Positions 39,269-49,143 of a DNA stretch of 64,000 nucleotides are shown piece by piece. Source of the stretch: Ostreococcus lucimarinus (lineage: Eukaryota); assembly GCA_000092065.1 (NCBI GenBank), contig CP000596.1. One strand, given 5' to 3'. The notes under the pieces were generated by a model, which saw nothing but the letters and a program-made list of their open reading frames with translations, had not been told where the DNA came from and ran no database searches. A program made the position numbers and the translations under genes. Numbering within the stretch: the stretch's first letter is position 1; each line of letters starts with the position of its first letter.

Positions 39269-40762
39269 ATGAGCGCGCCGTCCATTTTCCTCGTCCTCGC
39301 CGTCGGCGCCCTCGAGCACGTCTACAGCGCGAGCGCGAACACGACGCACGTCAAGCGCACCGTGTTGATCGTCGACGGCGACCGCGCGCGTCGTCCGTCG
39401 CCGTTGATTCTTTGGAACGCCACGGCGAGATGCGAATTAAAAATCGGCGACGTCGCGTACGCGAGCGCGCTGCGGCGCGCGCACGCGTCGCCTCGATGGC
39501 GAACGCATCGCGACGCCCTCGTCGCGGCGCGCGGGTGCGAGATTCGCGCGGTGGCGAGCGCGGAGGCGGTGGCGGGACGGCGCGAGCGACGCGCGCCGGG
39601 TGCCGAGTTTTCAACGAAAAATGGATTCGACGGTCGCGCCGCGATGCGACGGACGATCGAGCGCGCGCGCAAGGAACACGCGGACGTGTTGCGACGCGCG
39701 GTGGACGCGGCGGAGGCGAGACGGCGGGAGAGCTTCGGAAGGGAGGCGGGGTACGTCGAGGTCGAGGCGCTCGACGGGACGAGCGCGGCGTTGGTGCACG
39801 TGCTGGGACGCGTCGTGCGAGAGACGATCGCGCCGAGCAGCTGGCGTCCGCGCGCGGGGGGACGCGACGGCGCGCGGTACGTGCGAAGGATCGTTTGGGT
39901 GGTGCAAACGCACGGGGGACGGTGCGTGGCGATTTGTTTACCGCCGACGACGGAGGCGGCGGCGGCGGAGCGATCTTTATTGAAAGACGGTGCGGTGATC
40001 GACGTGCGCAACGCGTTGGTTCGACGAAACGCGCAGACGGGCGTGTGTGACTTAGTGTGCGACGTTCGATCGCACTGGCGCGCGCTCGATGGGAAGGACC
40101 CGAGGTACGCCGACGTGTGCGCTCGCGCGCCGAAATCGGCGTTTGAGCAAACGCTGACGTTCGAAGCGCTCGCGCTCGCGATGCACTCGAACGGATTCGC
40201 GCGCGCGTCGTCCATGATTCGATTCAAAGCGTGCGTGCGATGGGTGAAGGTGGCCACAGAGCGTAGACGCGTGCCACCGATGCTTCGCGAGACGGACTCA
40301 TCCGTGACGGCGGCGATGACGTACTTGGCGTGCCTCGCGTGCTCGCGAGAGCTCGAAACCGATCACAACAACGTGTACAAGATGTGTCACTGCACGTCAA
40401 ACGACGCGAGGTGTGGGTTCGTGTGGCGGGACATCGTGCTCGGAATGCAAAGCGACCACGGAGATTCCAAGACGGTGATTCCGGTGCGGGCGCGCGGCGA
40501 CATCGCGCGACGACTTTTATTCAACGTCGACGCGTCGAGCGTGTTGGACGAACACGCCAGCGACGACGAGTTTGACGACTTCGACGACGACGACGCAGCT
40601 CCGCGTTCAGATCACAAGAAGGTCGTGGTTGCCGCCATCAACGCGCTCGCCGCCGGCCGTCGAAACGCCGCCATGGATTGGCGAGTGAAATTCCCCGCGC
40701 TCGACGAGAACGGACTGCCGAGACGAGACGAGCTCGAGCTCGTGGATTTTAACGCAGACTAA
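39269..40762 (+). CDS. Hypothetical 497-aa protein with an N-terminal signal-peptide-like segment (MSAPSIFLVLAVGALEHVYSA); function unknown
   Basis: The ORF has mixed, non-Arg-biased composition (K, N, F, Y, W and H present) and several Cys pairs (CDLVCDV, CHCTSNDARCGF). The start is ATG 39269; the upstream part of the track ORF overlaps the Listerin 3' end in another frame. I recognise no family. Confidence 0.5.
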   Translation: MSAPSIFLVLAVGALEHVYSASANTTHVKRTVLIVDGDRARRPSPLILWNATARCELKIGDVAYASALRRAHASPRWRTHRDALVAARGCEIRAVASAEAVAGRRERRAPGAEFSTKNGFDGRAAMRRTIERARKEHADVLRRAVDAAEARRRESFGREAGYVEVEALDGTSAALVHVLGRVVRETIAPSSWRPRAGGRDGARYVRRIVWVVQTHGGRCVAICLPPTTEAAAAERSLLKDGAVIDVRNALVRRNAQTGVCDLVCDVRSHWRALDGKDPRYADVCARAPKSAFEQTLTFEALALAMHSNGFARASSMIRFKACVRWVKVATERRRVPPMLRETDSSVTAAMTYLACLACSRELETDHNNVYKMCHCTSNDARCGFVWRDIVLGMQSDHGDSKTVIPVRARGDIARRLLFNVDASSVLDEHASDDEFDDFDDDDAAPRSDHKKVVVAAINALAAGRRNAAMDWRVKFPALDENGLPRRDELELVDFNAD

Positions 40763-41703
40763 GCCACATCACTCGTCGCCGCGTGGGCGATCTCTCGGAG
40801 CACGCGCGCGCGCTCTTCGACGAAGTCTAACTCGCGCGAGAGGCTCGCGTCGCCGCCGTAGGCGCGATTATCGCGTGAGCACCGACACGCCAGGTTTCGC
40901 ACCGCCATCTTCGCCTCGGCGAGACCGCGCACTTTTTCCACCATCGCCCGCGCCCTGTACGCCGCCTCCTGTTGCAATCGCCCGTTTTCGCGCTTCAAGT
41001 CTTCATCCTGTTGTCGCAGCCGAGCGACGGACGCCGTCGCCGCCAACCGTTCCTCCTCCATGTGTTTCACCGCGCGCTCGTGCGCCGCGCGCGTCGCCTC
41101 CACGCGCTCGTTCGACTCCACCACGCTCGCGCGCAAGCTTTCGTACGTCCGCTGCAGCGTATCGTGCCGTCCGAGCACATCGGCGATGTCCTCGAACGCG
41201 TTTCCCCGCGCCGCTTCCTCGGCGACGCGCGCCAGAAACCATTCAAACACCCGCACCCGACCCAACTCCTCCTCCACGCTCGCCCCCGCGCTCGCGCGCT
41301 CGCGCAGGCTCCATCGCATCTCCGTCAATCGCGCGTCCCGCGCCTCGTTCGCCTCCCGCTCCTCTTTCGCCCGTCGCAGCGCCGACTGTCGCTTCACCTC
41401 GTTCTCCCGCACGAACGCCTCGAACCGCCCGACGTCCGCGCGCGCGCGCCGCTGCGCCTCGTTCGTCGCGCGCTCGCGCCTCGCGCACGCCTCCGCGCGC
41501 GCGTCGCGCTCGCGCTTCTTCGCCTCGAGCGCGAGCGACACGCGCGCGAGCGCCAGCGCCTCGAGCGCGCGCGACGACCGCGCGGCGGTTCGCGCGAACG
41601 CCGCCACCGCGCGCGCCTCGCTCGCATCGCTCGTCGCCGCCGCGTCCGACGCGAGCGCGGTGAGGAAACCCTCGCGCGCGGTCGCGCGCGCGTCGTCGTC
41701 CAT
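40759..41703 (-). CDS. Coiled-coil protein, about 314 aa (possibly DUF4200/CCDC42-like); the stop codon overlaps the stop of the convergent upstream gene
   Basis: The protein is heptad-rich (…FEAFVRENEVKRQSALRRAKEEREANEARDARLTEMRWSLRE…VRVFEWFLARVAEEAARG…LKRENGRLQQEAAYRARAMVEKVRGLAEAK). The start is ATG 41701-41703. Upstream of that the track ORF is poly-Arg and was rejected. Confidence 0.5.
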   Translation of the reverse strand: MDDDARATAREGFLTALASDAAATSDASEARAVAAFARTAARSSRALEALALARVSLALEAKKRERDARAEACARRERATNEAQRRARADVGRFEAFVRENEVKRQSALRRAKEEREANEARDARLTEMRWSLRERASAGASVEEELGRVRVFEWFLARVAEEAARGNAFEDIADVLGRHDTLQRTYESLRASVVESNERVEATRAAHERAVKHMEEERLAATASVARLRQQDEDLKRENGRLQQEAAYRARAMVEKVRGLAEAKMAVRNLACRCSRDNRAYGGDASLSRELDFVEERARVLREIAHAATSDVA

Positions 41704-41720
41704 CGCGTCGCCCGCGTCGC

Positions 41721-41755
<35 letters not shown>

Positions 41756-42048
41756 CGGTTCGACGTGCGCGCGAACGTCGCTTTGTATCGCCAAAAATAA
41801 CCGTCGACGCCTCGACGCGCGCGACGCGCGCCGCCTCGACGCGCGCGCGAACGCGCGACGGTTCCCTCGACCGCGCCGAAAACAGGCGCGCGCGCGACGC
41901 GCGCGCGACGGGCCGCGTCCGCGCGCGCGCCGACGCCCGGCGCGTCGTCCGTCTCGACGTCGAAAACGCGCGCGCCGCGCACCGTCGCGGACCGTCGCGC
42001 GTTAAAACGCGCGCGCTCGAAACGCGCGCCGCGCGCGCGCGATGAACG

Positions 42049-45000
42049 ATGGAAAGTTTCGAGTCGTCGTCGCGGCGCGTCGTCCGTCTCGACGTCGCGC
42101 CCGCGCGACGCCGCTCGAGCGTCACGTCGCGACGCGCGATGTCGCGAATCGCCGCGCTTCGCGCGCTCGCGCTCGTCGCGTGCGTCGCGACGCTCGTCGA
42201 TCGTCGATGCGGCGTCCCGTCGTCGTCGTCGGCGTCCGACGCGACGGCGTTCGACGAGTCGCGCGCGCGCGCGACGGCGCGCGCGCTCGAGGCGCTCGGC
42301 GCGCGACCGTGCGGGACGCCCGCCGAGGCGCGCGGATTCGCGACGCTCGAGCGCGCGACGACGACGATGGCCGAGGCGCTCGCGCGGGACGCGGGCGCAC
42401 ACGGCGTCGCGTCCTGGACGACCGCGGAGACGCGCGCGACGTCGACGTGGACGAGCGAGGCGTACGAGACGACGTACGCGAACGCGACGGCGACGACGAC
42501 GAAGGCGATGAATCGGGACGCGATCGAGCGGTTAGGGTACGACGAGCGCGTGGTCGTCGTGAGCGCGCACGTGGACACGGCGCACGCGAGCGCGGGCGGG
42601 AGCGACGCGGGAGCGTGCGCGGCGATCGCGCTGGAGACGATGCGGGCGCTGTCGGCGCGAATCGCGGCGGCGGCGAACGAAAAGGCGAAGAGCGGAGGGA
42701 CGGCGTCGCCGGTGATGTGCGACGCGAAAGCGCGGCGGTGCGCGTCGGTGGTTTTGACGTTTAGCACGGCGGAGGAGGACGGATTGGCGGGCGCGCGAGG
42801 GTTGACGGCGTCGCGGGAGTGGGCGCGGCGAGCGCCGCAGGCGATTTTAAACCTCGAGTCGATGGGCGCGGGCGGGCCGCATCGAATGTTTCAGGCGCGC
42901 GCGGACACGGCGGTCGGAAGGCAGGCGCTGCGCGCGTGGGCGCGCGTCGCGCCGCTCGCGAGCGGCGGCGTCTTCGGAGACGATGTGTTCAAGTCGGGGT
43001 TGATCAACAGCGGCACCGATTACTCGGTGTTTCGGAAATTTAGCGACGCCGAGGCGCTGTTCGATTTCGCGTTCGTCGAGCGCACGATGGTGTATCACAC
43101 GCCGCGAGATCGGGTGAAATATATCCGGCCGGGGTCGTTTAAGCATTCGGGGGAGAATTTGCTCGAGTTTTTATCGGACTACGTCACGCGCGGCGGATTC
43201 GAGAGCGAAGGCGACGACGCGCGCGCGACGAAATCATCGCCGCCGGTGTCGTGGTACACGATCCCTGGATACGGCATGGTGGTGCACGACGCGCCTCGGC
43301 GCGAGACGCACGCGGTCTTCTTCGCCGCGCCGCTCGTCCTCTTCGCCGCGTTTTTGCACAAGGCGTACGTCGGCGAAATATTCGCCTCGTCGTCGGCTTG
43401 CTCCGAAGCCGCGCGCGTTCGCATGGAAAACACGTTTCGACTCATGGTGAGCGTCCCGTTCGTCATCGCGGGGTGCGCCGCGAGCTGGATGGGTGCCATC
43501 GCATCAGCCGCGCTCGCGCCCGCGACGGTGGCGTTCGCGTTCGGCGAGCCGAGTTTGTACGTCGCTCGTCCGCTCGCGCTCGGCGCGCTCGCGGGCTCAG
43601 CCGCGTGTCTCGCCTTCATCTGCGTTCAAAGGTTCACGCGCATGCTCGCGTTCGCGATGATGCCCTTACCGGTGAAGATGAAATCGAACGCCGACGACGA
43701 GCGCGTCGTCGAGTGGTCGCTGCTTCTGGGAAACGTCGCGATTTGGGGCGCGGCGGCGTCTCGCGCGACGCGCGCCGAGATCGGCTCGTCCTACATCCCG
43801 CTGCTTTGGCTGATATTGCCGTCGTCCATAATCATCGCGCCGGTTCTCGTGCCGTGGATTCTCGCGCATGGTCGATCGAGCGAAACGGAAGCCGCGCCGC
43901 CGCCGCCGACGCCGATGAACGTCGCGTTCGCCATCGCCGCGCCGGTGTGGATTACGTTTCCGAACGCCGCCCTCGTGCTTCGCGTCTTGCAAGGCATCGG
44001 CGCGCGTTCGCCTCTGAGTGATGATATCGTGTATCTCTACGACGCCATCGGCGGCGCCGTGGTCGGGATCTTCGTCGCCATGACGTGTAGCTTTTTGGTT
44101 CCGGGCGCGGTGGCGAAGGAGGACTCGGCGTCGTGGCGGCGCGGCGCCAGGATCTCAATCATCACGCTCGCTTCGGCGTGCGCGTATACCGTGGTTTTCA
44201 TGCGCGCGAACGCGGGCGTGCACTGGACGGCGTTGTCGCCGCAGCCACTGGTCTTGACGCACATCTCCGACGCGTCGTTTTCTCGCTCGCGCGTCGTGTT
44301 GGCGCGCGCTGGAGCGTCTCGCACGCGACGCGTCGTCGAGCACCTCGAATCCAACCCCGCCATCGCTCGCGCGTTCACGTTCGATTGCACCGCCAACGCG
44401 ACGTATGATTTTGTGAACACCGTCGTCAGGGGCGCGTGCGTGATCGATGCGAAACAGAAGACACCCGGCGTCGACGCGCTCGCGATGGAGGCGAGAGCCA
44501 CTGGAGCGTCGCCGCCGAAATTTACGACGCCGCGCCAAAGACACGCACCGAACGTGCGTTCGGTGACGATGGACGTGGGCGAAAGCACGCGATGGGTGCT
44601 CGCGGTGGACACGCGGTGCGTCGCTCGCGTCGCCATCAAGGCGCTTTACGATGAAAACGACGACGAATCGCCCGAGCAATGGGTGCGCGTCGAGCCGTAC
44701 GCGCCCGGCGGCAAGAAACGACACGTGCTCAACGGCGTCGGCGGCCTCTCGGCGCCGTCGACGTACGCGATTTGGTATGAAACGCGCGACGCGGAGACGC
44801 GCGCTCGTTACTTTTCGAGCGACGACGAAGCGCAAGCGCGCGCGTGCGCCAAAGGCTTGCGCGCGCGAACGGATTACGTCGCGCGAACGCCGAGCGTCGT
44901 CGCCGTCGACGCGGCTTTGCCCACATGGGCGGTGCCGTTCGGTAAACATCGAAGCCCGCAATGGCTAGGTTTCGTAGAAACGCACGATGTGTTGAATTGA
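42049..45000 (+). CDS. M28-family zinc metallopeptidase with a C-terminal polytopic membrane region (ERMP1/FXNA-like)
   Basis: The M28 core is VVVVSAHVDTAHASAGGSDAGACAAIALETMRAL…TFSTAEEDGLAGARG, with at least eight predicted TM helices in the C-terminal half. ATG lies at 42049, with an alternative at 42139 (MSRIAALRALALVACV). Confidence 0.8.
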   Translation: MESFESSSRRVVRLDVAPARRRSSVTSRRAMSRIAALRALALVACVATLVDRRCGVPSSSSASDATAFDESRARATARALEALGARPCGTPAEARGFATLERATTTMAEALARDAGAHGVASWTTAETRATSTWTSEAYETTYANATATTTKAMNRDAIERLGYDERVVVVSAHVDTAHASAGGSDAGACAAIALETMRALSARIAAAANEKAKSGGTASPVMCDAKARRCASVVLTFSTAEEDGLAGARGLTASREWARRAPQAILNLESMGAGGPHRMFQARADTAVGRQALRAWARVAPLASGGVFGDDVFKSGLINSGTDYSVFRKFSDAEALFDFAFVERTMVYHTPRDRVKYIRPGSFKHSGENLLEFLSDYVTRGGFESEGDDARATKSSPPVSWYTIPGYGMVVHDAPRRETHAVFFAAPLVLFAAFLHKAYVGEIFASSSACSEAARVRMENTFRLMVSVPFVIAGCAASWMGAIASAALAPATVAFAFGEPSLYVARPLALGALAGSAACLAFICVQRFTRMLAFAMMPLPVKMKSNADDERVVEWSLLLGNVAIWGAAASRATRAEIGSSYIPLLWLILPSSIIIAPVLVPWILAHGRSSETEAAPPPPTPMNVAFAIAAPVWITFPNAALVLRVLQGIGARSPLSDDIVYLYDAIGGAVVGIFVAMTCSFLVPGAVAKEDSASWRRGARISIITLASACAYTVVFMRANAGVHWTALSPQPLVLTHISDASFSRSRVVLARAGASRTRRVVEHLESNPAIARAFTFDCTANATYDFVNTVVRGACVIDAKQKTPGVDALAMEARATGASPPKFTTPRQRHAPNVRSVTMDVGESTRWVLAVDTRCVARVAIKALYDENDDESPEQWVRVEPYAPGGKKRHVLNGVGGLSAPSTYAIWYETRDAETRARYFSSDDEAQARACAKGLRARTDYVARTPSVVAVDAALPTWAVPFGKHRSPQWLGFVETHDVLN

Positions 45001-45020
45001 ATTAAATTGAATCGGCTCGT

Positions 45021-45755
45021 TCACGCCGCCGCCGCGCTTCTCGAAGAGCGAGTCTCCACGAAGAGCAAGTCTTCATCCGTCCCGAACGCCGTCCGCGCCT
45101 CGTCGAACCGCGCGCGAGAGACCATCACGTCGCCCCCATCCGGCGCCGGGTCGAATATTCTAAATCGAATCACCCTCCCGCCGTCGACGTCCGCGCCTCG
45201 CACGACGACGAAGTGCCCGACGAAATCGCGCTCGCGTTCGCGTTCGCCCTCCCGCGCCGTCAACAACCGCGCGTCCACCAGAGCCACGCACCGCACCGCC
45301 CGCGTCGAGAGCGCTCGCGCGATGTCCTCCGCGCGCATCCTCGCGCGCACCACCGTCGAGGCGTCCGCGCGCGCGAAGAGCCTCGCCACGCGCTCGCAGT
45401 CCTTTATCAACTCGTTCTCGTAAAAGCCGTCGTTCGCGTACCGCGGATCGACGCCCGCGCGCGTCGTCACCAGCGTCGCCCTCGCGCCCGTCGCTCGCAC
45501 CGCGCGCAGCAAATCGATCGTCCAGCACGACCTCGCGCGCAGCGCCCGTCGCAGGGCGTCGCGCGGCGTCCCGCTCGCGCTCGCCGCCGCGCTCAGCCCG
45601 CAGTCCCACGCCGAGCGCTGTTCGCGCGGCGTCCAATCCGCCGCCTCGTCGCGCGCGCGCGCGGGAAACCGTCCAAACGTTCGGTCGAACGCGCGCGCCG
45701 TCATGGCGCGCGCGCGCGCGGTCCGGTCGTCGTCGTCGCGCCGTCGCGTTCGCAT
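45021..45755 (-). CDS. Peptidase-C39-like fold protein (Pfam Guanylylate_cyc-like, cf. plant GC1-type proteins)
   Basis: The ORF has AWDCGLSAAASA (Cys region), GHFVVVRGADVDGGRVIRFRIFDPA (the GHxVVxxGYD-like His motif typical of C39-like domains) and VMVSRARFDEAR. A real ATG lies at 45753-45755. The family call is tentative. Confidence 0.4.
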   Translation of the reverse strand: MRTRRRDDDDRTARARAMTARAFDRTFGRFPARARDEAADWTPREQRSAWDCGLSAAASASGTPRDALRRALRARSCWTIDLLRAVRATGARATLVTTRAGVDPRYANDGFYENELIKDCERVARLFARADASTVVRARMRAEDIARALSTRAVRCVALVDARLLTAREGERERERDFVGHFVVVRGADVDGGRVIRFRIFDPAPDGGDVMVSRARFDEARTAFGTDEDLLFVETRSSRSAAAA

Positions 45756-46376
45756 CGTTCGAACACCGTTACTCGAAATGTTTGATTGATGAAGGCGCGA
45801 TTCGTCGCGCGAGGACGCGAAATGCGGCGCCGAGGCGCGCGCGCGACGCGCGCGACGGCGTCGTTCGCGCGCGTCGTCGCGCGCGGCGCGCGGCGCGCGG
45901 CGCGCGGCGGTGTGAGGAAATGGAGCGTCGACTCGCGCTCACGCGAGGCACGGGACGGCGGCGGCGGCGGCGAAGAGGAGCGACGCGCGCTCGCTCGCGG
46001 CGATGGCGGCGCACGCGCTCGAGCCCGACGCCGACGTGGTGCCGACGGCGCACGCGGCGCACGCGCTCGAGCCCGCGTTCGCGGCGAACGTGCCCGACGG
46101 ACAGAAATCACACGCGCCGGCGACGCGTCCGCGCGCGCGCGCCCGGGATCGATCGCTCACTGTTACTCATACCCGAATGTCCGAAATCGTCGTCGTATTT
46201 ATGCGCGACGCGCACCGTACTCGAGCGCTCTGAAAGGCCATCAGTAAAGCGTCGCGAGACGTCGCGTCCGACCGCCTCCCGCGCGCGCGTCGCACACCGC
46301 GACGCGCGCGCGCGACGCGACGGACGACGCGGAAGACGACACGGAAGACGGACGACGGACGCTCGAACCGCGAGCG

Positions 46377-47447
46377 ATGCCGACCGCCGCGATGACGGCG
46401 CGAACGAAGGACGAACGACGACGATTCGTCGTTCGAGGCGCGATCACGCGCGCGCCCTGCCTCCCGGAATTGAGCGCGAAGGCGACGCCGGAAGCGCGTA
46501 AGAAGGTCGATTTCAACGAGGTGATGAAGAAGGCGTCCGCGCGGGCGTTTCGCGGCGGCGTCGCGGGATTCGCGGCGGGCGTGATTCAGGTCGGGACGTT
46601 CATGTGGATGCGAACGGCGATGAATTATCAGTACGCGAACGGCGGGACGATGCTGTCGAGCATTAAGGCGCTGTATAAGGAGGGCGGAGTGCCGAGATTG
46701 TATAAGGGGATGTCGTTTGCGATCGTGCAAGCGCCGTTGAGCCGATTCGGGGACACGGCGGCGAACACTGGGGTGATCGCGGCGTTGGAGGCGTACTATC
46801 CGCAAATGCCGGTGAGCGTGATGACGGGATTCGCGAGCGTCGGAGGCGCGACGTGGCGGATCTTTTTAACGCCCGTGGACACGTTCAAGACGACGCTGCA
46901 AGTGCAAGGGAACGCGGCCTTCGCGTTGTTGAAGGATAAGGTGCGAACTGGTGGCGTCGGAGTGTTGTACAACGGCGCGGCGGCGAACTTCGCGGCGAAC
47001 TGGGTCGGCAACTATCCGTGGTTCGCGACGTTCAACTACTTGCAAAAGGCGATCCCGAAGCAAGACACGAAGTTGAAGAACAACGCGCGCAACGCTTTGA
47101 TCGGTATGGCGGCGTCGATCGTGTCCGATTGCATCTCCAACTCTTTGCGCGTCGTGAAGACGGTCAAGCAAACCTCTGGCGACGCCAAGTTGAGTTACAC
47201 GGGCGCCATCAAGGGTGTGCTCGAAAAGGACGGCATGAAGGGCTTGTTCGGCCGTGGATTGTCCACGCGCATCGCCACGAATGTGTTGCAAGCCATGGTG
47301 TTCTCTGTGGCGTGGAAGGCTATCGAGGAAGAGCTCAACAAGAAGGCTGAAGCCAAGAACGCCGCGCCGGCGAAGAAGGGCAAAAAGGCGTCCCTCACCG
47401 CCGCGCAAGTCGCCGGCGTCGGGTTACCCCCGCTCAGCATCGCGTAA
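46377..47447 (+). CDS. Mitochondrial carrier family (SLC25) transporter
   Basis: There are three carrier repeats with P-x-D/E-x-x-K/R signatures (PVDTFKTTLQ, …), six TM segments, and a possible N-terminal extension or presequence. Confidence 0.85.
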   Translation: MPTAAMTARTKDERRRFVVRGAITRAPCLPELSAKATPEARKKVDFNEVMKKASARAFRGGVAGFAAGVIQVGTFMWMRTAMNYQYANGGTMLSSIKALYKEGGVPRLYKGMSFAIVQAPLSRFGDTAANTGVIAALEAYYPQMPVSVMTGFASVGGATWRIFLTPVDTFKTTLQVQGNAAFALLKDKVRTGGVGVLYNGAAANFAANWVGNYPWFATFNYLQKAIPKQDTKLKNNARNALIGMAASIVSDCISNSLRVVKTVKQTSGDAKLSYTGAIKGVLEKDGMKGLFGRGLSTRIATNVLQAMVFSVAWKAIEEELNKKAEAKNAAPAKKGKKASLTAAQVAGVGLPPLSIA

Positions 47448-47681
47448 ACAAACGCGATTAATATCTGTAGATCATTCGATCTCTGTGCCGCTCGAAAACC
47501 GAGCAGCGCACATTTTTCTCGCGTCGACACGAAGCAGAGCGCTCGCGGGGCGAGCGGTGATACAATACGCCGTTTCGCTCTTCGGCGAATTCCAGCATGT
47601 GAAATAAACACGCACGTATATAATCATAATCACAATGCTCGTCTCTCTAACTAAAACTTAATATCCTCGTCACACGCGCGC

Positions 47682-48977
47682 TCACGCCGCGACCGGGTCG
47701 AGCTGCTTGTCCGTGAACACCCACTCGTCGCCCTTCTTGACGACGGCGATGCACTTGCTGCCGACGCGCCAAGTCGCCGTGGCGATGGGCGTCGGGTCAT
47801 ACAGGTACAGATCCGGGAACGCCTTTTGCAACGCCTCGGTGGCCTTCTTGGCGTGGTAGTGCGGGATGGTGTGGTTGATGTGATGCGCGACGTGCGTGCT
47901 GCCGATGCGGTGGTGCAAAAAGTCAAACACTGGCCCGTACGGGCGATCAATCGTCATAAACGCGCCCTTGACCAAGTTCCAGTCGTCGCCCTCAAAGTGC
48001 GGCACGTCCACGTCAGTGTGCTGCAACCACGTGTACAGGACGAGCCAAAAGTTGGTCACCATGTACGGTCCGACGTAGAGCGCCATGACGGTGGCGACAC
48101 CGCTGTGCGCCGCCCACGCCGCGAGCGCTCCCAAAACCGCCACGACGCCGACGTCGCTCTGCCAAACCTTCTTCGCCCACTTCCCCGGGAACAACGCGTG
48201 CTTACCCTTCTCGCCCATGAACGGCAAGAAGTGGTTCGTGTTCCCGCGAACCGGCCCACCGCTGGCGCCGGTGAGCAAATAAATCGGCCACCCCAAGGCG
48301 AACACTCCGACGAGGTTCAAAAACGTAAACGGCCCTTCGCCGAGCAACCCGCGCAACTTGAACATCACGTTCGCGTCCTCCGTCCCCAACCGCGCCGGCA
48401 CGTGCGTCTCTCCCTCGAGCACGTGATTAGTCCTCGAGTGATGCACCGCGTGCGACCGCTGCCACGAAAAATACGGCACCAACAACAACGAGTGCAGCGC
48501 GTATCCCACCGCGTCTTGAATCGTTTTATCGTCGCTAAACGCGCCGTGTCCGCACTCGTGCGCCGCGACCCAGCACCCGGTCGCCGCCGTTCCCGTCACG
48601 AACGCGTACGCCACCCACACCGGCCAATACGCCGCCGTCACCGGCACGCACGCCCACGCCAGCGCGCCGCACGCCAGCGTGATCGCCGTCGAGCACGCCG
48701 CGTACGCGAGCGACTTTCCCGTGTCCCGCTCGAAGCACTCCCTCGGGATCGCGCGCAGCACCTCTTGCATCGTCGGGAACGTCTTCGCCTCGGCGTTCAG
48801 CGCCTTGGCGTTCAAGCCCGAGCGCAGTTGTTCGTGTCGCGACGTGTCGTAGGTCGTCGCGGCGTCGGCGCGCGCGGCGCGGGCGACGCGCGCGCGATCG
48901 CGACGTGACGTCGTCGAGCGAGAGAACGCGGCGCGCGGGAGCGCGCGAGCGCGCGGGAGCGTCAGAGCGCGGAGCAT
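47682..48977 (-). CDS. Membrane-bound fatty-acid desaturase, Δ12/ω6 (FAD2/FAD6)-like, with a plastid-type transit peptide
   Basis: The three His boxes are HECGHGAF, WQRSHAVHHSRTNH (FAD2-like W..SH..HHS.T) and HVAHH. The N-terminus is MLRALTLPRARALPRAAFSRSTTSRR. There is no cytochrome-b5 fusion. Confidence 0.85.
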   Translation of the reverse strand: MLRALTLPRARALPRAAFSRSTTSRRDRARVARAARADAATTYDTSRHEQLRSGLNAKALNAEAKTFPTMQEVLRAIPRECFERDTGKSLAYAACSTAITLACGALAWACVPVTAAYWPVWVAYAFVTGTAATGCWVAAHECGHGAFSDDKTIQDAVGYALHSLLLVPYFSWQRSHAVHHSRTNHVLEGETHVPARLGTEDANVMFKLRGLLGEGPFTFLNLVGVFALGWPIYLLTGASGGPVRGNTNHFLPFMGEKGKHALFPGKWAKKVWQSDVGVVAVLGALAAWAAHSGVATVMALYVGPYMVTNFWLVLYTWLQHTDVDVPHFEGDDWNLVKGAFMTIDRPYGPVFDFLHHRIGSTHVAHHINHTIPHYHAKKATEALQKAFPDLYLYDPTPIATATWRVGSKCIAVVKKGDEWVFTDKQLDPVAA

Positions 48978-49143
48978 GACGCGCGACTGTCGTTCGTGGA
49001 TCGCGGTGCCGCGGGAAAGCGGTCGACGCGCGAGCGCCGGTGAGTGCGAACGCGACGACGCGACGGGAGAGCCTTATCCCGCGAGGCGCGAAGGCGGACG
49101 CGAGGCGAGCGAAACGCGCGAACGAATCGGGGCGTTACAAAGG

